Below, one piece after another: positions 1 through 12,499 of a stretch of 37,317 nucleotides of DNA. Every line of letters begins with the position of its first letter. Position 1 is the stretch's first letter. Origin of the DNA: Chiloscyllium plagiosum. Its lineage: Eukaryota. A program made the translations under genes and the position numbers. The notes below the pieces were generated by a model. It had not been told where the DNA came from, did no database searches, and worked only from the letters and a program-made list of their open reading frames with translations. The DNA lies in NCBI RefSeq assembly GCF_004010195.1, contig NW_025213913.1, forward strand, positions 1-37,317. The letters are read 5' to 3'.

Positions 1-1330
1 GGTAGGTAAGTTACATGAGAAGATCCTGGGAGATAAGGTATAAATGCATTTGGAAGTACGGGTATTTGATTCGGAGTTGTCATCATGGCTTTGTGCTGGG
101 GAGATGATGCCTCACAGTTTTGTTAGAGTTCTTTGATGAAATGACCAGGAATGTAAACGAGGGTAGGGTGTAGAAGTAGTCTCGATGGATTTCAGTAAGA
201 CCGTTGATAAAGCTCCAGACGGTAAGCTGCTCTGCAAGGTTAGACCGCATGAATCAATGGCGAGTTGACAAATTGAATATACATTTAGCTTCATCGTCGG
301 AAGCAGAGTGTAATAGTGGAAGGATACTTCTTGGGCTCGAGACCTGTGAAGGATGGAGTTTCTCATGTTTAGGTGCCATAGCCATTACTGTTTGCTATCT
401 CGATCTTAGAAGACTTAGATGAGAATGAACAAGACACGATTTGCAAATTGGCAGATGAGATTCAATTCAGGTATAGAAGACAGCGAGAAAACCTTTCATG
501 AACTGCAACAGGATCTTGGTCAGCTTGCGAAATGGGCCAAGAGAAGGCAACTTAAATCCATTGATGTGAGGTCTTGGGTTTTAGACAGTCAAATCAAGAA
601 GGAATTTCTTCATGAATGGTCGGGCCTTAATGAATGTTGTGGAAAAGAGGGATCTTGGAGTTCAGGTGCACAGTTCTCTGGAAGTAAAATCAGACATCGA
701 CAGGACAGTGAAGAAGACGTTTGCAGCACTGGCCTTGATCAGTCAGATCATTGTGTGTCAATGTTGTGAAATCATTTTGTCGTTGTACACTACCTTAGTG
801 AGGATGCACTTGGAGTTTTGTATTTGAAATAAGTCACCTTGGTAGAGAAAGGATGTTATTAAACTGGAAATAGTACAGTAAATATTTACAAGGATGTCGC
901 CGCGGTTCAAACGGCTTGAGTTAGAGGAAGAGGTTGGACAAGCTGCGAATTTTACTTCGAGCGGAGATGACTGAATTATAGACTTGCATAAAATCATGAC
1001 TGGTATGGATAGGTGAATGCACTCAGTCTTTTTCCAGGGTTGGCATCCTTTTAAGGTTAAAGGGGAAAGAAATAAATGGGAATTTGAACGGAAACATTTT
1101 TACATAGAGAGTGTTCTGCATTTGCAATGAGCTGCCAGCGTAAGTGTTTGAGGTGAGTACATCAACAACACTTAAAGCATATTTGGAGAAATACATGCAT
1201 ACAAAACGTTTAGAAGGGTATGGACAAAGCTCAGGGAAATGGGATTAGCATGGAAGAGCATATTGATCTGCATAGACCAGTTTGTGCTGAAAGGCCCTTC
1301 TCCATGCTGCAGAACTCGATGACTCTATCA
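1..1330 (+). mobile_element. Decayed CR1-clade LINE, ORF2 RT region through 3' tail
   Basis: Frameshifted RT motifs (MDFSKTVDK, LQQDLGQLAKWAKR, NGRALMNVVEKRDLGVQVHSSL, LYTTLVRMHLEFC) and a CR1-type tail 'gaaaggcccttctccatgctgcagaactcgatgactctat'. Confidence 0.9.
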
Positions 1331-1539
1331 CTTTACTGGAGTCTATTATTCCATCACATAGTTCTTAACCTTGTACATTTTGGTATTTTAACGCATTACC
1401 TCATTGCTGCTTTCATTTTGCACAGTATTTTGCCCCTATCGCTTCAGATACACAATACATGCTGGATGAAAAAAAATCCTGAACCGCCTAAAAGTTCCTG
1501 AATTTTGGCTAAGTTATATGCCCCTGTTATTCATGTCTG

Positions 1540-2320
1540 TAATAAAGAAATTGTTAAATCCTATCTAAACGATCTTCTCCCCTCCTATTTTTGTGCGGAC
1601 TATTCAAATACTCCTAAGTTTTTCGGGCTCTGAGGGAAGCAACTCCAGCCTAAACAATTCATTTTGCCATGGTAATGCCCATTTTTGCAGTCTGAGTGCA
1701 TTGCCCTGGCTTTTAAGGATTTCCTCCTTGTTTACTACAACGATTTTAGTTCCATTACCAAACCTCCTGCATTAGTGTCTAAGTCAATGACGTATGCATC
1801 ATTTAACAAGAGATATAGCATCGACCTCTGCGGTACACATCAGGACAAGAAGTTCCAGTTATTGAAAAAAAATCCCATTGTTCTCTGTTGCCTGCTACGA
1901 AGGCAATTTTGTACCCAGGTTAAAATGATGCCCTCGATCTGATTGAACTTTATTTTTGCTTCACCCGAAGTGTCCTCCAAGAAAGGTTGCACAAGTCATC
2001 ACAACAACCGGATCTATTCTTTCAACTGAATGGATGTCACGAACTCATTTGATTAGCTTCGTTGAAAACATGTTCAAAGGTATCAGATATCAGTGCCTTT
2101 TTAAATGGATATTAAATCTGTCTCTCTGTCCCTTTTGTCAGAAGCTTGAATGCATCTAATGTTCGAATCGATGGTTTACAATTTATAGTTCTCTGATTCA
2201 TCCCTATCGCCCTGCTTGAATAAACAGACCACAATTGTTCTTTTCCAGACAAGTAGAATTTCACGACTGCTGAGAGAGCACTTGGAAAACAATCAAAGAA
2301 TCACGCCAAGTATCCTGACC
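1540..2320 (-). mobile_element. Highly decayed CR1 ORF2 RT fragment
   Basis: Reverse strand of 2170-2290 resembles the CR1 'IFQ..VP.DW..ANV.PLFK.G...NYRPVS' region; the rest of the interval is only weakly similar. Confidence 0.6.
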
Positions 2321-2324
2321 AATT

Positions 2325-4085
2325 TTAGGGTCCATATCGGATAGTGCACTGCTTCCCGTGTCTTGGTATCATGAATGTCTCGAGTCGCATGTACACGGTT
2401 CTGAAAGGAGAGAGTGAACAGCTACAGGAGGTGGTGCATATCGTTCTCAATGGTATAACAATGAAAAGTGATGAGGACGTATAAAATGGATATGTGGAGT
2501 AAGGTTGAAAGCTAAAAGACAGAGCAAGCAGAATAGTGATCTCAGGACTGCAACAGGGGCCACGGGCTAGTGAAGTGAGGAACAGAGAGTGAGTGCAGGT
2601 AAACATTCTGCAGAGCTGTTGGAGGAGGGACAGCTTCAGGTATGTGAACCATTGGGATTCATGCTGGAGAGTTTGGAACTTGGAATATGAAGAAAAGTTG
2701 CAGCTCAACTGAAGCAATAACACTTTCCTCTGAGGTCGATTTGCGAGAGGCCTTTGGAAGGAGTTAAATTAATTTGGAAGATGATGGGAAGCGAAACTAC
2801 ATTTCCCAGGTTGGGTGGGTGGCAAATTGGCAGATACAAAATTCAGAAAACTGTGAGGAATGATGTACAGTGGAATGAGAAATGTTGAGCCAGTGTAATT
2901 GGTTTAGCTTTGCCTATTTTAATGCCAGAAGTGTCAGGAATGAGGTCGATGAATTAGAGCATCGTTCTATATTTGTATTATGATGTTGAGACCATCACTA
3001 AAATTTGGTAATGAGAGGGGCAGGAATGTTTGTTTCGTGTTTAGGGTTTAGTTGTTGCAAAATGATTAGTGGAGGAGCCAAAAGAGGTGGAAATGGGGCC
3101 ACAAATTCAAAATGGGAGATGAGGAGGATGGTTTTTCTGCCGGGGCAGTAAGGTTAAAATTCAGAAGCAGGAAAGGAGCAGTCACCTTATGGGGGATTTT
3201 CTATAGATCCTCCAATAATAACAAAGACACGAAGGAGCGGATCGGCAGACTGATTTTCGAAAGGTACAGAACTGATAGGGTTGTTGTCATGGGTGACCTG
3301 AACTTCCTCAATATTGAAAACTTCTTAGTTCAAATAATTTAGAAGAAGTAGATTTTGTCAAGTGTATGCAGGAATGATTCGCGACTCAATATGTATATGG
3401 GAGGCCACAGTTGATTTAGTGCTTGGCAACGATCCAGGTTACCCCTTAAATCTCGCAGTGTCAAGCATTTCGGTGATAGTGATCACAACACCCTGACCTT
3501 GACGACAGCCATGGCCAAGAGTAGGAGATATGTTCAATACTTTAATTGGGGGAGGGAGAAAATCAATACCAATAACTGAAACATATATTGAGAACAAATA
3601 TCCACAAAATAACACACTACTGGACTGTGCAGTTTTTATTTTTTCCGGAACAATTGTCCGAGTTTTGGTTACATTTGTTCCACTGAGGCAAGAAAGCGAT
3701 ACCACAGTGAATGAACTTCGGAAGACAGGACATGTGGAAATTGTTGTCAAAAGGAAAAAGGATGATTCCTTCATTTTTGATGAAGCAAGGATCAGACAGG
3801 GTTCTCGAGGTCCACGAGGTAGCCAGGAAGGAACTGTAGAATGGACACAGGAGACGTAGAAATCGGCATGGAAAAGCATTGGATGGTAGGGTTAAGAAAA
3901 ACCTCAAAACGTTATTTAATATTGTGGGGAAAACGATGATAACAAGATGAGGGTACAGCCGATCAGATATGGTGTAGGCAGATTGTGACTTGAGTAAGTG
4001 GAGTTAGGGTTGGTCCCGATGGAACAAATTGTTTCAGTACTCCCTAGTGAGAGGGACGTTATCGTTTCCGAGGACAGCATGTAAA
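2325..4085 (+). mobile_element. Decayed CR1 LINE: ORF1 SGNH-esterase domain, then ORF2 APE endonuclease and linker
   Basis: 2338-2770 translates to RIVHCFP..VLKGESEQLQEVVHI..RIVISGLQQGPRASEVRNRE (CR1 ORF1 esterase). From ~2910: YFNARSVRNEVDEL, GIFYRSSN, VVVMGDLNF, FGDSDHN (endonuclease motifs). Confidence 0.9.
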
Positions 4086-4244
4086 TATTTGGTTGAGATG
4101 ATGTGTAGTATTCGTGGGTGTAGTTGAGGAACAACAACGGCAAAAAATACATAATGGGAATTAAGTACAGACCTCAGAACTGTGATCAGGATCAGGTGTG
4201 CAAGAGGGACTGGGAAATATATAGTGCATGTTAGAAAGGAAATT

Positions 4245-4626
4245 TCAAAGTTCGTGAGAAGATTTGTAGCTCGGGTGCTCGTTGTTGTGGTTCTGTTCGC
4301 CGCGCTGGGAATTTGTGTTGCAGACGTTTCATCCCCTGTCTCGGTGACATCGTCAGTGCTTGGGAGCCTCCTGTGAAGCGCTTCTGTGATCTTTCCTCTG
4401 GCATTTATAGTGGTTTGAATCTGCCGCTTCCGGTTATCAGTTCCAGCTGTCCGTTGCAGTGGTCGGTATATTGGATCCAGGTCGATGTGCTTATTGATTG
4501 AATCTGTGGATGAGTGCCATGCCTCTCGGAATTCCCTGGTTATTCTCTGTTTGGCTTGTCCTATAATAGTAGTGTTGTCTTAGTCGAACTCATGTTGCCT
4601 GTCATCTGCGTGTGTGGCCACTAAGT
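4245..4626 (-). mobile_element. Penelope-like element 3' fragment (end of GIY-YIG ORF plus terminal pLTR)
   Basis: Reverse strand encodes LVATHADDRQHEFD*DNTTIIGQAKQRITREFREAWHSSTDSINKHIDLDPIY; closely similar to 5420-5840; contains a hammerhead motif. Confidence 0.9.
4320..4359 (-). ncRNA. Minimal type-I hammerhead ribozyme motif in PLE terminus (core intact)
   Basis: Minus strand reads GCA-CTGACGA-T-GTCACC-GAGACA-GGGGAT-GAAAC-GTC-TGC: CUGANGA and GAAA core, stem II, GUC triplet, GCA/TGC stem I. Confidence 0.8.
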
Positions 4627-5419
4627 AGCCATACTTAATATACTTGAAATAATTGTAAAAGTGTCTTTCAATACATAATAAACAAACAAGAGGCAAAACT
4701 AGACATTGGGCCACTCCAAGTTGCTGCTGGAATTCTAGTTATGTGAGACAACGAAATAGCTGAAGAAATTAATATATACATTGCGTTTGTGGAAGAAATC
4801 AATAATATCCCAACAAGTATGGAGAGTCAGGGGACCGAGTTGGTTATTATGGGCATTACAAATGAAGAAGTGCGAGAAAAGCGAAAACGACAAATGAAAG
4901 ATAAGTCTCCTGGCACCAATGGCATTAATATCCGAGTCCTGAGGGATGCGGCTGAGGAAAGGTCAGAGGCATAGGTTGTGATCTTTCAAAGGTCATTGGA
5001 GTTGGGGAAAGTCCAGGTGAATGGAAAATCGCTGTTGTAACGACCTTGTTCCAGAAATGACCAAGACAAAAGATGGAAAATTACAGGCAGATTAATCAAA
5101 CCTCGGTATTTGGGAAAATAGTAGAATCCATCGTTGAGGGTGAGATTTCATGGAAGTGCAGGGTGGGATAAGGACAAGCAAGTCATCATGCACTTAGTAA
5201 GGTAAAGCTGTGCCTGACAAATCTGTTTGAATTCTATGAAGAGATAATAAGTCAGTCAGACCAAGGAAACCTAGTAGATGTTATCTAGCTAGACTTCCAA
5301 ACGGCCTTTATTTGAGATGCCTCACGAGCTGCTGTTAAGTAAGGTGAGGGCCTTGAGCTATTGGCATAGATGGAGGATTGGCTGTCTGGCAGAAGATAGA
5401 CAGTTGGGATAAATGATAT

Positions 5420-5845
5420 ATGTTCTGGTTCTGTTCGCCGAGCTGGAAGTTTTTGTTGAAAAACGTTTCGTCCCCTGGCTAGGCGACATCATCAGTGCTT
5501 GGGAGCCTCCTGCGAAGCGTTTCTTTGATGTTTCCTCCGGTGTTTATAGTGGTCTGTCCCTGCCGCTTCCGGTTGTCAGTCTCAGCTGTCCGTTGGAGTG
5601 GTTGGTATATTGGACAAACAGGAAGACAGCTAACAATCCGCATACATGAACATCAACTAGCCACGAAACGACACGACCAGCTATCCTTAGTAGCCACACA
5701 CGCAGACAACAAGCAACATGAATTCGACTGGGACAACACGACTATCATAGTGCAAGCCAGACAGAGAACAGCCAGGGAATTCCCAGAGGCATGGCATTCA
5801 TCCACAAACTCCATCAACAAACACATCGACCTGGACCCAAGCACT
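5420..5845. mobile_element. Penelope-like element with inverted terminal segment (5420-~5612 minus; ~5605-5845 plus)
   Basis: Plus part encodes YIGQTGRQLTIRIHEHQLATKRHDQLSLVATHADNKQHEFDWDNTTII (GIY-YIG C-half). Minus part matches 4285-4475 and has a hammerhead motif at ~5459-5498. Confidence 0.9.
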
Positions 5846-5859
5846 ATTCAGAGTTACAA

Positions 5860-6500
5860 AATCAGTGATCCTTTCGCCTATTCCATCGATACCAGATAGT
5901 TTTCCGAAACTGAACAAAACCCATTTGCCTCCGTTTAGTACACAGTACGATTCAATCGCTCCTGACAACTGAAAACTTCCATTATTGATAACATGGTGGG
6001 AAATACTTCTTATATCTTGTCCAGTTTAATGCATGCCTCTTATGGCAGGGTAAACAAAATTGTATACTATATTCCGAATGTGGCCTTACGAATGTCTTGC
6101 ACACTGCAAGATGACATTTCAACGTCTGTATTCAATGCTACAACCAATGAAAACAGACATGCCAAACATCTTCTTCAAAACCTGGTCGACCTGTAATGCT
6201 TCTTTCAAGGAAATATGCACATGTATCCGGACTGTGTGTTGAGCAATGCTCCCCAGGACATTACCATTGTTTTGGTACGTCCTGCCTTTGTTTCTCTTCC
6301 CAAAGTGAAACACCTCCCATTTATCCGAATTAAACACCATATGCCAATTGTTTTGTCCATTGCCCAGTTGATCAAGTTGTAGTATTCGTTTGCGTTCTTC
6401 ACTGTTATTGCATCAGCAATTTTGCTGTCATCCGCAAACCTACAAAATTAGTCTCCTGTCCTTTCATCTTAACAGTTTATATAAATGAACAACAGTGTCC
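5860..6500 (-). mobile_element. Decayed CR1 ORF2 C-terminal RT fragment
   Basis: Reverse strand: FADDSKI, WHMVFNSDKWEVFHFGKRN, LQVDQVLKKMFGMSVFIGCSIEY. Confidence 0.85.
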
Positions 6501-6552
6501 TCAAATTTGCTGGACAGGCCAGATCAATGATAGGTGAATATCATCTGGAGAA

Positions 6553-6705
6553 CAGGTGAATTGGCCATGCTAAGTTGCCCGTAGTGTTAGGTAAGGGGCA
6601 ATTGTCGGGGTATCGGTGGGTTGCACTTCTGTGGGTGGGTATGGACTTGTTGGGACGAACGTCCTGTTTCCACATTGTAATGTAATGTAATCTAATCTAA
6701 TCTAA
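6553..6705 (+). mobile_element. HE1-type shark SINE, 3' half
   Basis: 'caggtgaattggccatgctaagttgcccgtagtgttagg...ggacttgttggg..gaa..tcctgtttccaca' followed by a (TAATG/TAATC)n tail; homologous to 13517-13793. Confidence 0.85.
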
Positions 6706-7654
6706 AAACAGCGATGTGATACATTTTGATGAAACGACTGGTAAGTGATAGCATAAAACAAAGGGCAAAATTTTAATGGTTGTGCAGAAGCACGTGAGTG
6801 GTTACAGGTGAATCTCATTAAACACAGTAGAGTATTTACATCAGTTAAGAATATATATGCTATCCTAAACATCAATAATCAATGAAAGGAAAGAAAAACA
6901 AGGAGGATGCGTTCAACATTAACAGGATATAATTTGGAAAGCAGTCAGTGTATTCTGCACAGAAGTTCATCAGGGCATCGTAAAGCACCTTTCAAACTGG
7001 GAACACTGACATTGGGGACAAGAGCAGCACACCTGATGGAACTATCTCCGAAATAGGATTATTGTTCTTGTGAAGCAAACATATTTCAGTACTTAAAACA
7101 ACACACCATCACCTTTTCAAGGGCAGAAACGTTTGGGCGAAAAGCATGAATCTGTCAGCAATGCTCAAGTCCCATGAGTTGATGGTCGGGTGTTTCATTT
7201 TAGACAGGATTCAAAATTTGTTGTGTGTGTGGAGAAGAGTTTTGCAAATAAGCTTCAGAACAAGCCAGAGTTCAGTAGAATTGAAAAACTGCAGAATTTC
7301 TGACGTTTTGTTCTCGTATTGGAGATGCTGAGATTACATCTATCACAGGCCTTGGGAGTAAAGGAATTTTTTTCCCAATAGTAACAGGATGGACAACCAT
7401 AAGACCCAGTTTTATGGTATTTTGGAAAGGAAATAAAATCAACGCAAAAAGGTAACATCTTTTTCTCCTGTCCAGCGCGTATTTAAATATGGAATGAATC
7501 GATTGGCCTGGTGGTTGAGATTAGCGAAATTGTAGTATAGAGCAGGCATACAAACGATCATTTAATTTTAGGAAAAATGCAGGGTGGGTGACAAATGTGA
7601 CGAGATAAATATTCAACCAAAGTTGGCAGGAAAGTGTTCTAGTAACAATGGATT

Positions 7655-8303
7655 CAAGGTTGTTAAGAGGGCAAACGGTGTGTTAGGTTTCACTTGTAGA
7701 GGGTTTGAGTTCCGAAGCCGCAATATCATGCTGCAACTAATCAAAACGCTAGTGCAGCCACACATGGAATATTGTGTACAGTTCTGGTCGCCATATTTCG
7801 GGAAGGATGTGGGAGCATTGGAAACTGTGCAGAGGAGATTTGCCAGCAAGTTTCGTGGTCTGGAGGGAAGGTCTTATGAGGAAAGACTGTGAGTGTGTGT
7901 CTGCTCTCATTAGGAAGAAGAAGGCGAAGAGGACATTTGACAGAGACATGCAAGATGATAAGAGAATTTTATAGGGTAGACAGTGAAAGTCTTCTTTCCT
8001 AGAATTATGACGTCAGCTTTTCGGAGGGGTAACAACTGCAAATTGAGAGGTGGTATATTTCAGACTGATGTCAGAGGCAGAATCTTTACGCAGAGAGTGG
8101 AAAGGGCGTTGAATGCCCTACCTGCCAATGTAGTCAAGTCAGCCACATTAGGGAGATTCAAACCATCCTTGGAAAAGCACATGGATGATGATGAGATAAT
8201 TTATGGGGACGAGCTGAGAATAGGTCACAGGTCAGCGCAACATCGAGGGCCGAAGGGACTGTTCTGCGCCGTATTCTTCTATGTTCTATTTTCTGTGTTC
8301 TAA
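7655..8303 (+). mobile_element. CR1 LINE 3' fragment
   Basis: KTLVQPHMEYCVQFWSPYFGKDVGALETVQRRF..SYEERL, FTQRVERALNALP, tail 'gggccgaagggactgttctgcgccgtattcttctatgttctat'. Confidence 0.92.
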
Positions 8304-10355
8304 GTGATTTGCTTTTCAGCATGAGAACAATATAGTGAGCTTGTGTTAAATTTTTGAACCATGTGCTAACACCTTAAAATTGGACAACATCTACACTTTG
8401 TCTGAATAACAGTAATTAATTTAAGATGAACTTTGGGCAATGTAACTTGTAAGATATGGAGTGGGAGAAAATGTTACAGTATTGTGGAAGCAATCTCAAA
8501 TTAATATAATGATGCAGATTTATTGATCACACAAATGAATCGGTGTGCCATTATATAATAGTATCAAGTCGGATAAAGGTTTTGAATACTTTTAGGAGAT
8601 AAAATTGTACTATATGAAAAGTTGCCAAAGCAGTTCACTTTCAAGTACCCAGCGCGCACTGGAGTGATCATTACTCAATACATTATTTAAGTTTTGTAAG
8701 ATTTCCTCTTCGAGAATGTCAGGCAGTGCTTGTACGACTTGACAGTGATCGATAATGGGCAAAATATTTTGCTTTGGCTTTCACGTGTTTTCGAACAGAA
8801 CAACACTCTCGATACCTTTTGAGCTTAGATTGTGCAATTCATTACCGAAAGAGACATTTCTATTTATTAATAAATTCGGGACCGACTTTGTTAACCTTCT
8901 TTGCATCACATTAGTTGGTACCTTCCATCACACAACCTATAATTTTCACCGGAGGACCTTTAAATCGAGGAGTCCTTACCTCGAAGATGTCAGTAGTGTG
9001 AAAGAAGAGCGATGGTGGTGATCCTGCTGAAAACGCCAAATTTTTGGGTTATTTGCAAGAATGGCAAATAGGAGTGAGACAGACACCAGACAGGAGTCTT
9101 AAAGGTTGTCTTCACTGAAAGGTCTTCTAAGTACATATTCAAGATAATGTTAAATCTTCTGTGAGTAGAGGTGGCGTTTAATAAGCATTCCAAGCGATGC
9201 CTCCGGGCGATGTTTGCTCATTCAGCATTCCTACAGTTGTCCGTTCTTACTACGGTGTACGGAAGTTATCTTTACAAATTGTTTCCTTATTTTATTTCTA
9301 TTTCACTGAAAGCATGACTCATACTGGCCAGGAAGACATTTCTACCACGAGTCCCTTGAGTTATCCATGTTAACTTAATCATATTGGCTGTCAGGCTCCA
9401 CCGCAGTTATTCCAGCTAACTACAGATGCCGCCTTCCATACAACACGTTCCTGTTGTTATAAAGTTGAAGGTATGTACTGTATATTTAATAGAGAGCGAA
9501 TGCAAGTCCCTCGAATAAGGTGAGGCACGGAAATATGTCACTGCTACAAGAACTGGGGGAAGGGGTAAGTGGTGGGCTCTAGTTTTCAGTCTGATCCCAG
9601 GTGCAAGTTAAAATAGGGAAATGTAATATTTACTGGTGGACTTAATGGGAGAGGCCTGTTTTCAAATTTAAGTCTGTGGGATCATGCTGTGCAGGAACAG
9701 AGACTGTCTTTTCGTTCATATTGGCAGAGGTCATGTGTTCCAAATTTAGACAAGGTAGAGTTCGTGATGGGGAGGAGAGCTTTCTATCCATAGATGGTGA
9801 AGAAACCAAAACCTTCTTGCTCCATCAAAATTGTTTGATCTGGTGGCATCTTACTGTGTAGAATTCCCCTTGGCTCCAGTAGCAACCCTCGCTTTATTGG
9901 AGCGTTCGAGAGCTGTGGCTTTATGGGCTCCGAAAGGAAACATAAGGAATCCCGTGATAGTTCTCCATCAGGCTGGCTGTAAGTCCTTGCTGTACAACTC
10001 CTCTCCCTGTGGGCCGCCCTCACACAGTGAACCTGTATGAGTTTGATGGCGAGCTGGTTGTTGATGATTTGTATAGTCCCTCTTTACCCTCCACACTGGA
10101 TTTACCACGCCCTCTTAATACTCCTCATCCTACAAATTATAATATTGACATGACAAAAATACTTGAGATGAAACGCTAAGGTAGGAACACTGGCAAATGC
10201 GAGGCTGGAGAGAACATTTCAACCGAAACGTGGATGAAGTAGAGAACAGAGAGGTAGCGCAATCGATTTCCAAGAACAGGAAAACGCTGAGAACAAAGGA
10301 AGAGGTAAATAAGGCCAGATAGAATGACAGAGAGGGAGGGAGATGGAGAGTTGAT

Positions 10356-10415
10356 TGTGTGTGTTCGTGTGTGTGTGCGTGTGTGTGTGTGTGTGTGTAT
10401 GTGAGAGAGAGAGAG
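10356..10415. repeat. Compound (GT)n/(GA)n microsatellite
   Basis: Seen directly in the sequence. Confidence 0.95.
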
Positions 10416-10633
10416 GAATAAACAGGAACAGAGAGATTGAGACATTGATCACATCTTGAGAGAAGAAGAAAACTGAACAGTGAGAGGCATTGCATATTCA
10501 CACAGAGAGGGAGAGTGCTAGAAAGAGCGAAACAGGCAGGCAGTGACACAGATAGAGAGAGGCACATTGATCAAAGCTCGACAGCAGGAAACGGCTGCCC
10601 AGAGATGAAGAGAATGATCGGGACAGAGAAATT

Positions 10634-10700
10634 GGGGAGGGGGTGTGGGGGTGGGGGTGGGGGTGGGGGTGAAGAGAGAGAGAGAGGAAGAGAGGAATGA
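10634..10700 (+). repeat. (GGGGGT)n G-run repeat followed by GA-rich tract
   Basis: Six runs of 4-5 G with 1-3 nt spacers at 10634-10669. Confidence 0.9.
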
Positions 10701-12499
10701 AAGAGAAAGGCGTGAGTGAGAGGCAAAGCTACAGACAAGGATGTGCCTGTAACAGTGATATGATGCTCCTGAAGACGAAATTACGTGCTCGTCAAAGAAG
10801 AAATGAAAGAAGAGTCAGGATGAATGAGTGTCTTGAGAAATGGTGCAGGAGGGATGTCTTCAGATGTTTGATATAAGGAGTCCCTTTCTGAGGCGGGTAT
10901 GACAAGAACCAATATCATTGGCGATGTTTTGCGAACGCTCTTGTGGGGAGTTCGTGTTCATGTGGCAGTTTACTGTGAACCAAATGAAGAGGTTCGTGTT
11001 CAGTAAGGCAGTAGTAAATAAACTGTGTAAGGAGTTCGATAAAGAAGTCAATATGACAAGTTGGACAAGTTGGCAGGGTGCCGATGATGAGCATAAAGGG
11101 ACAGGTGGTCTGAGGTACATTTGTTTTAATGCAAGAAGCGTACAAGATAAGACAGTTGACCTAAGAGCTTGTATTAGCAACTGGGAGTACGATATTATTG
11201 GTATCACTGATACTTCATTCAGGGCAGGGTAAAATTCGCAACTAAATATATCAGTAAGTGGCTGCTTCAGAGGGGATAGAGAGTGAGGTAAAAGGAGTTG
11301 AGGAATTGCATGACTGGTCAGCGAAGATATCACAGCTATGCTGAAGGAGGGCACGATGGAGTAATCGACAAGTGAGGCAGTATGGGCAGAATTCAGAAAG
11401 AGAAAGGCTGCAGTAACAATGTTGGTGCTGTACTACAGGCCTCCCAACAGCGAGCGTTAGACAGAAGTTCGAATGTGTTGACAGATTATGGGAACATGTT
11501 GAAGCAACAGGGTGGTGGTGGCGCGAGATTTACATGTTACTAAAATGGACATTTACTCACTGTTCACGTTCACATGAAGCAGAATTTGTAAGGATACTCC
11601 GTATGCATTTTACGACCAGTTTGAAAATTGCCCGTTTCGAGATGGGGCCGTACTGGACCTGGTGTGAGCGAATGAGCATGGCCAACTCGTTGATGTATCT
11701 GTAGGGGATAACAATTCCATCCTTTTTAGAATACTCATGGCCAAAGGCGAGAGTAATCCAAAGAAAGACTGCTAAATTGGGGGCAAACCAACGATAAAAT
11801 TAATCCACAGAAGCTGGAGAATGTAGTTTGGAAGTAGGTGTTTGTGGTTAAATCCACATTTACTATAGGGCAGGTTTTTAAGGACAGGTTGAAGAGAGTG
11901 CAGGACAAAGGTGTCTCTGCGAAACTGAGGGATGGAAATGGCAAGAGCAGAGAAACATGGATGACAGGTGAAACTACTAATCTAGCAAAGAGGAAAAAGC
12001 AAGAAACATACGTATGGTCTAGGCAACAGTCGAAGCTCTGAAAGAATATCATGAAAGTAGGATCAATATGAAACGAGGGATGAAGAGAGATAAACGTGGT
12101 CATGAGATATCCTTTGAAAACAGGGTAAGGCAAATGCTAAAGCCCTTTATTCGTTTATAAAGAGCAAGTGGTTATCTAGTTAAAGGTGTGACCCACTCAT
12201 GGACAAAGGAGGCAAGTTATCCTGTGATTCTGACAAAAGGGTGAGATTCTGAATGAGGACTTTGCTTCGGCACTCACTAATGTGAGCGACAAGATGGACG
12301 TTGTGATTAGGCACTGATGTTTGATTACTCCAGATCAAATCGGGATTTGGAGGGAAGAAGTGTTGGGTAATCTAGAATGCATTAAGTGCACAAGTCTCCA
12401 TGTCCCATGGGATCTATCCCAGATTCCTCAGGGAAGTGGCAGAGGAAATTGTTGGTGCCTTCACAAATAACTTTGCAGCGTCCTTGAAAACGGGTGAGT

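Larger units (their letters stand above)
4086..5413 (+). mobile_element. Second decayed CR1 ORF2 fragment (endonuclease piece, then linker and RT start), interrupted by a PLE at ~4245-4626
   Basis: LRNNNGKKYIMGIKYRPQNCD before the PLE; DKSPGTNGINIRVL, SCLTNLFEFYE-like and LDFQTAF after it. Confidence 0.8.

Noticed and set aside
7085..7180. Resemblance to a shared LINE/SINE 3' tail (also reversed near 9290-9365)
   Set aside because: Too decayed to assign a family or boundaries.
8979..9027. Possible small minus-strand exon (ttttcag ... GAG|GTAAGG)
   Set aside because: Splice-like motifs only; no recognisable peptide or partner exons.
10130..10700. His/Thr-rich and Gly/Glu-rich ORFs
   Set aside because: Translations of microsatellites.
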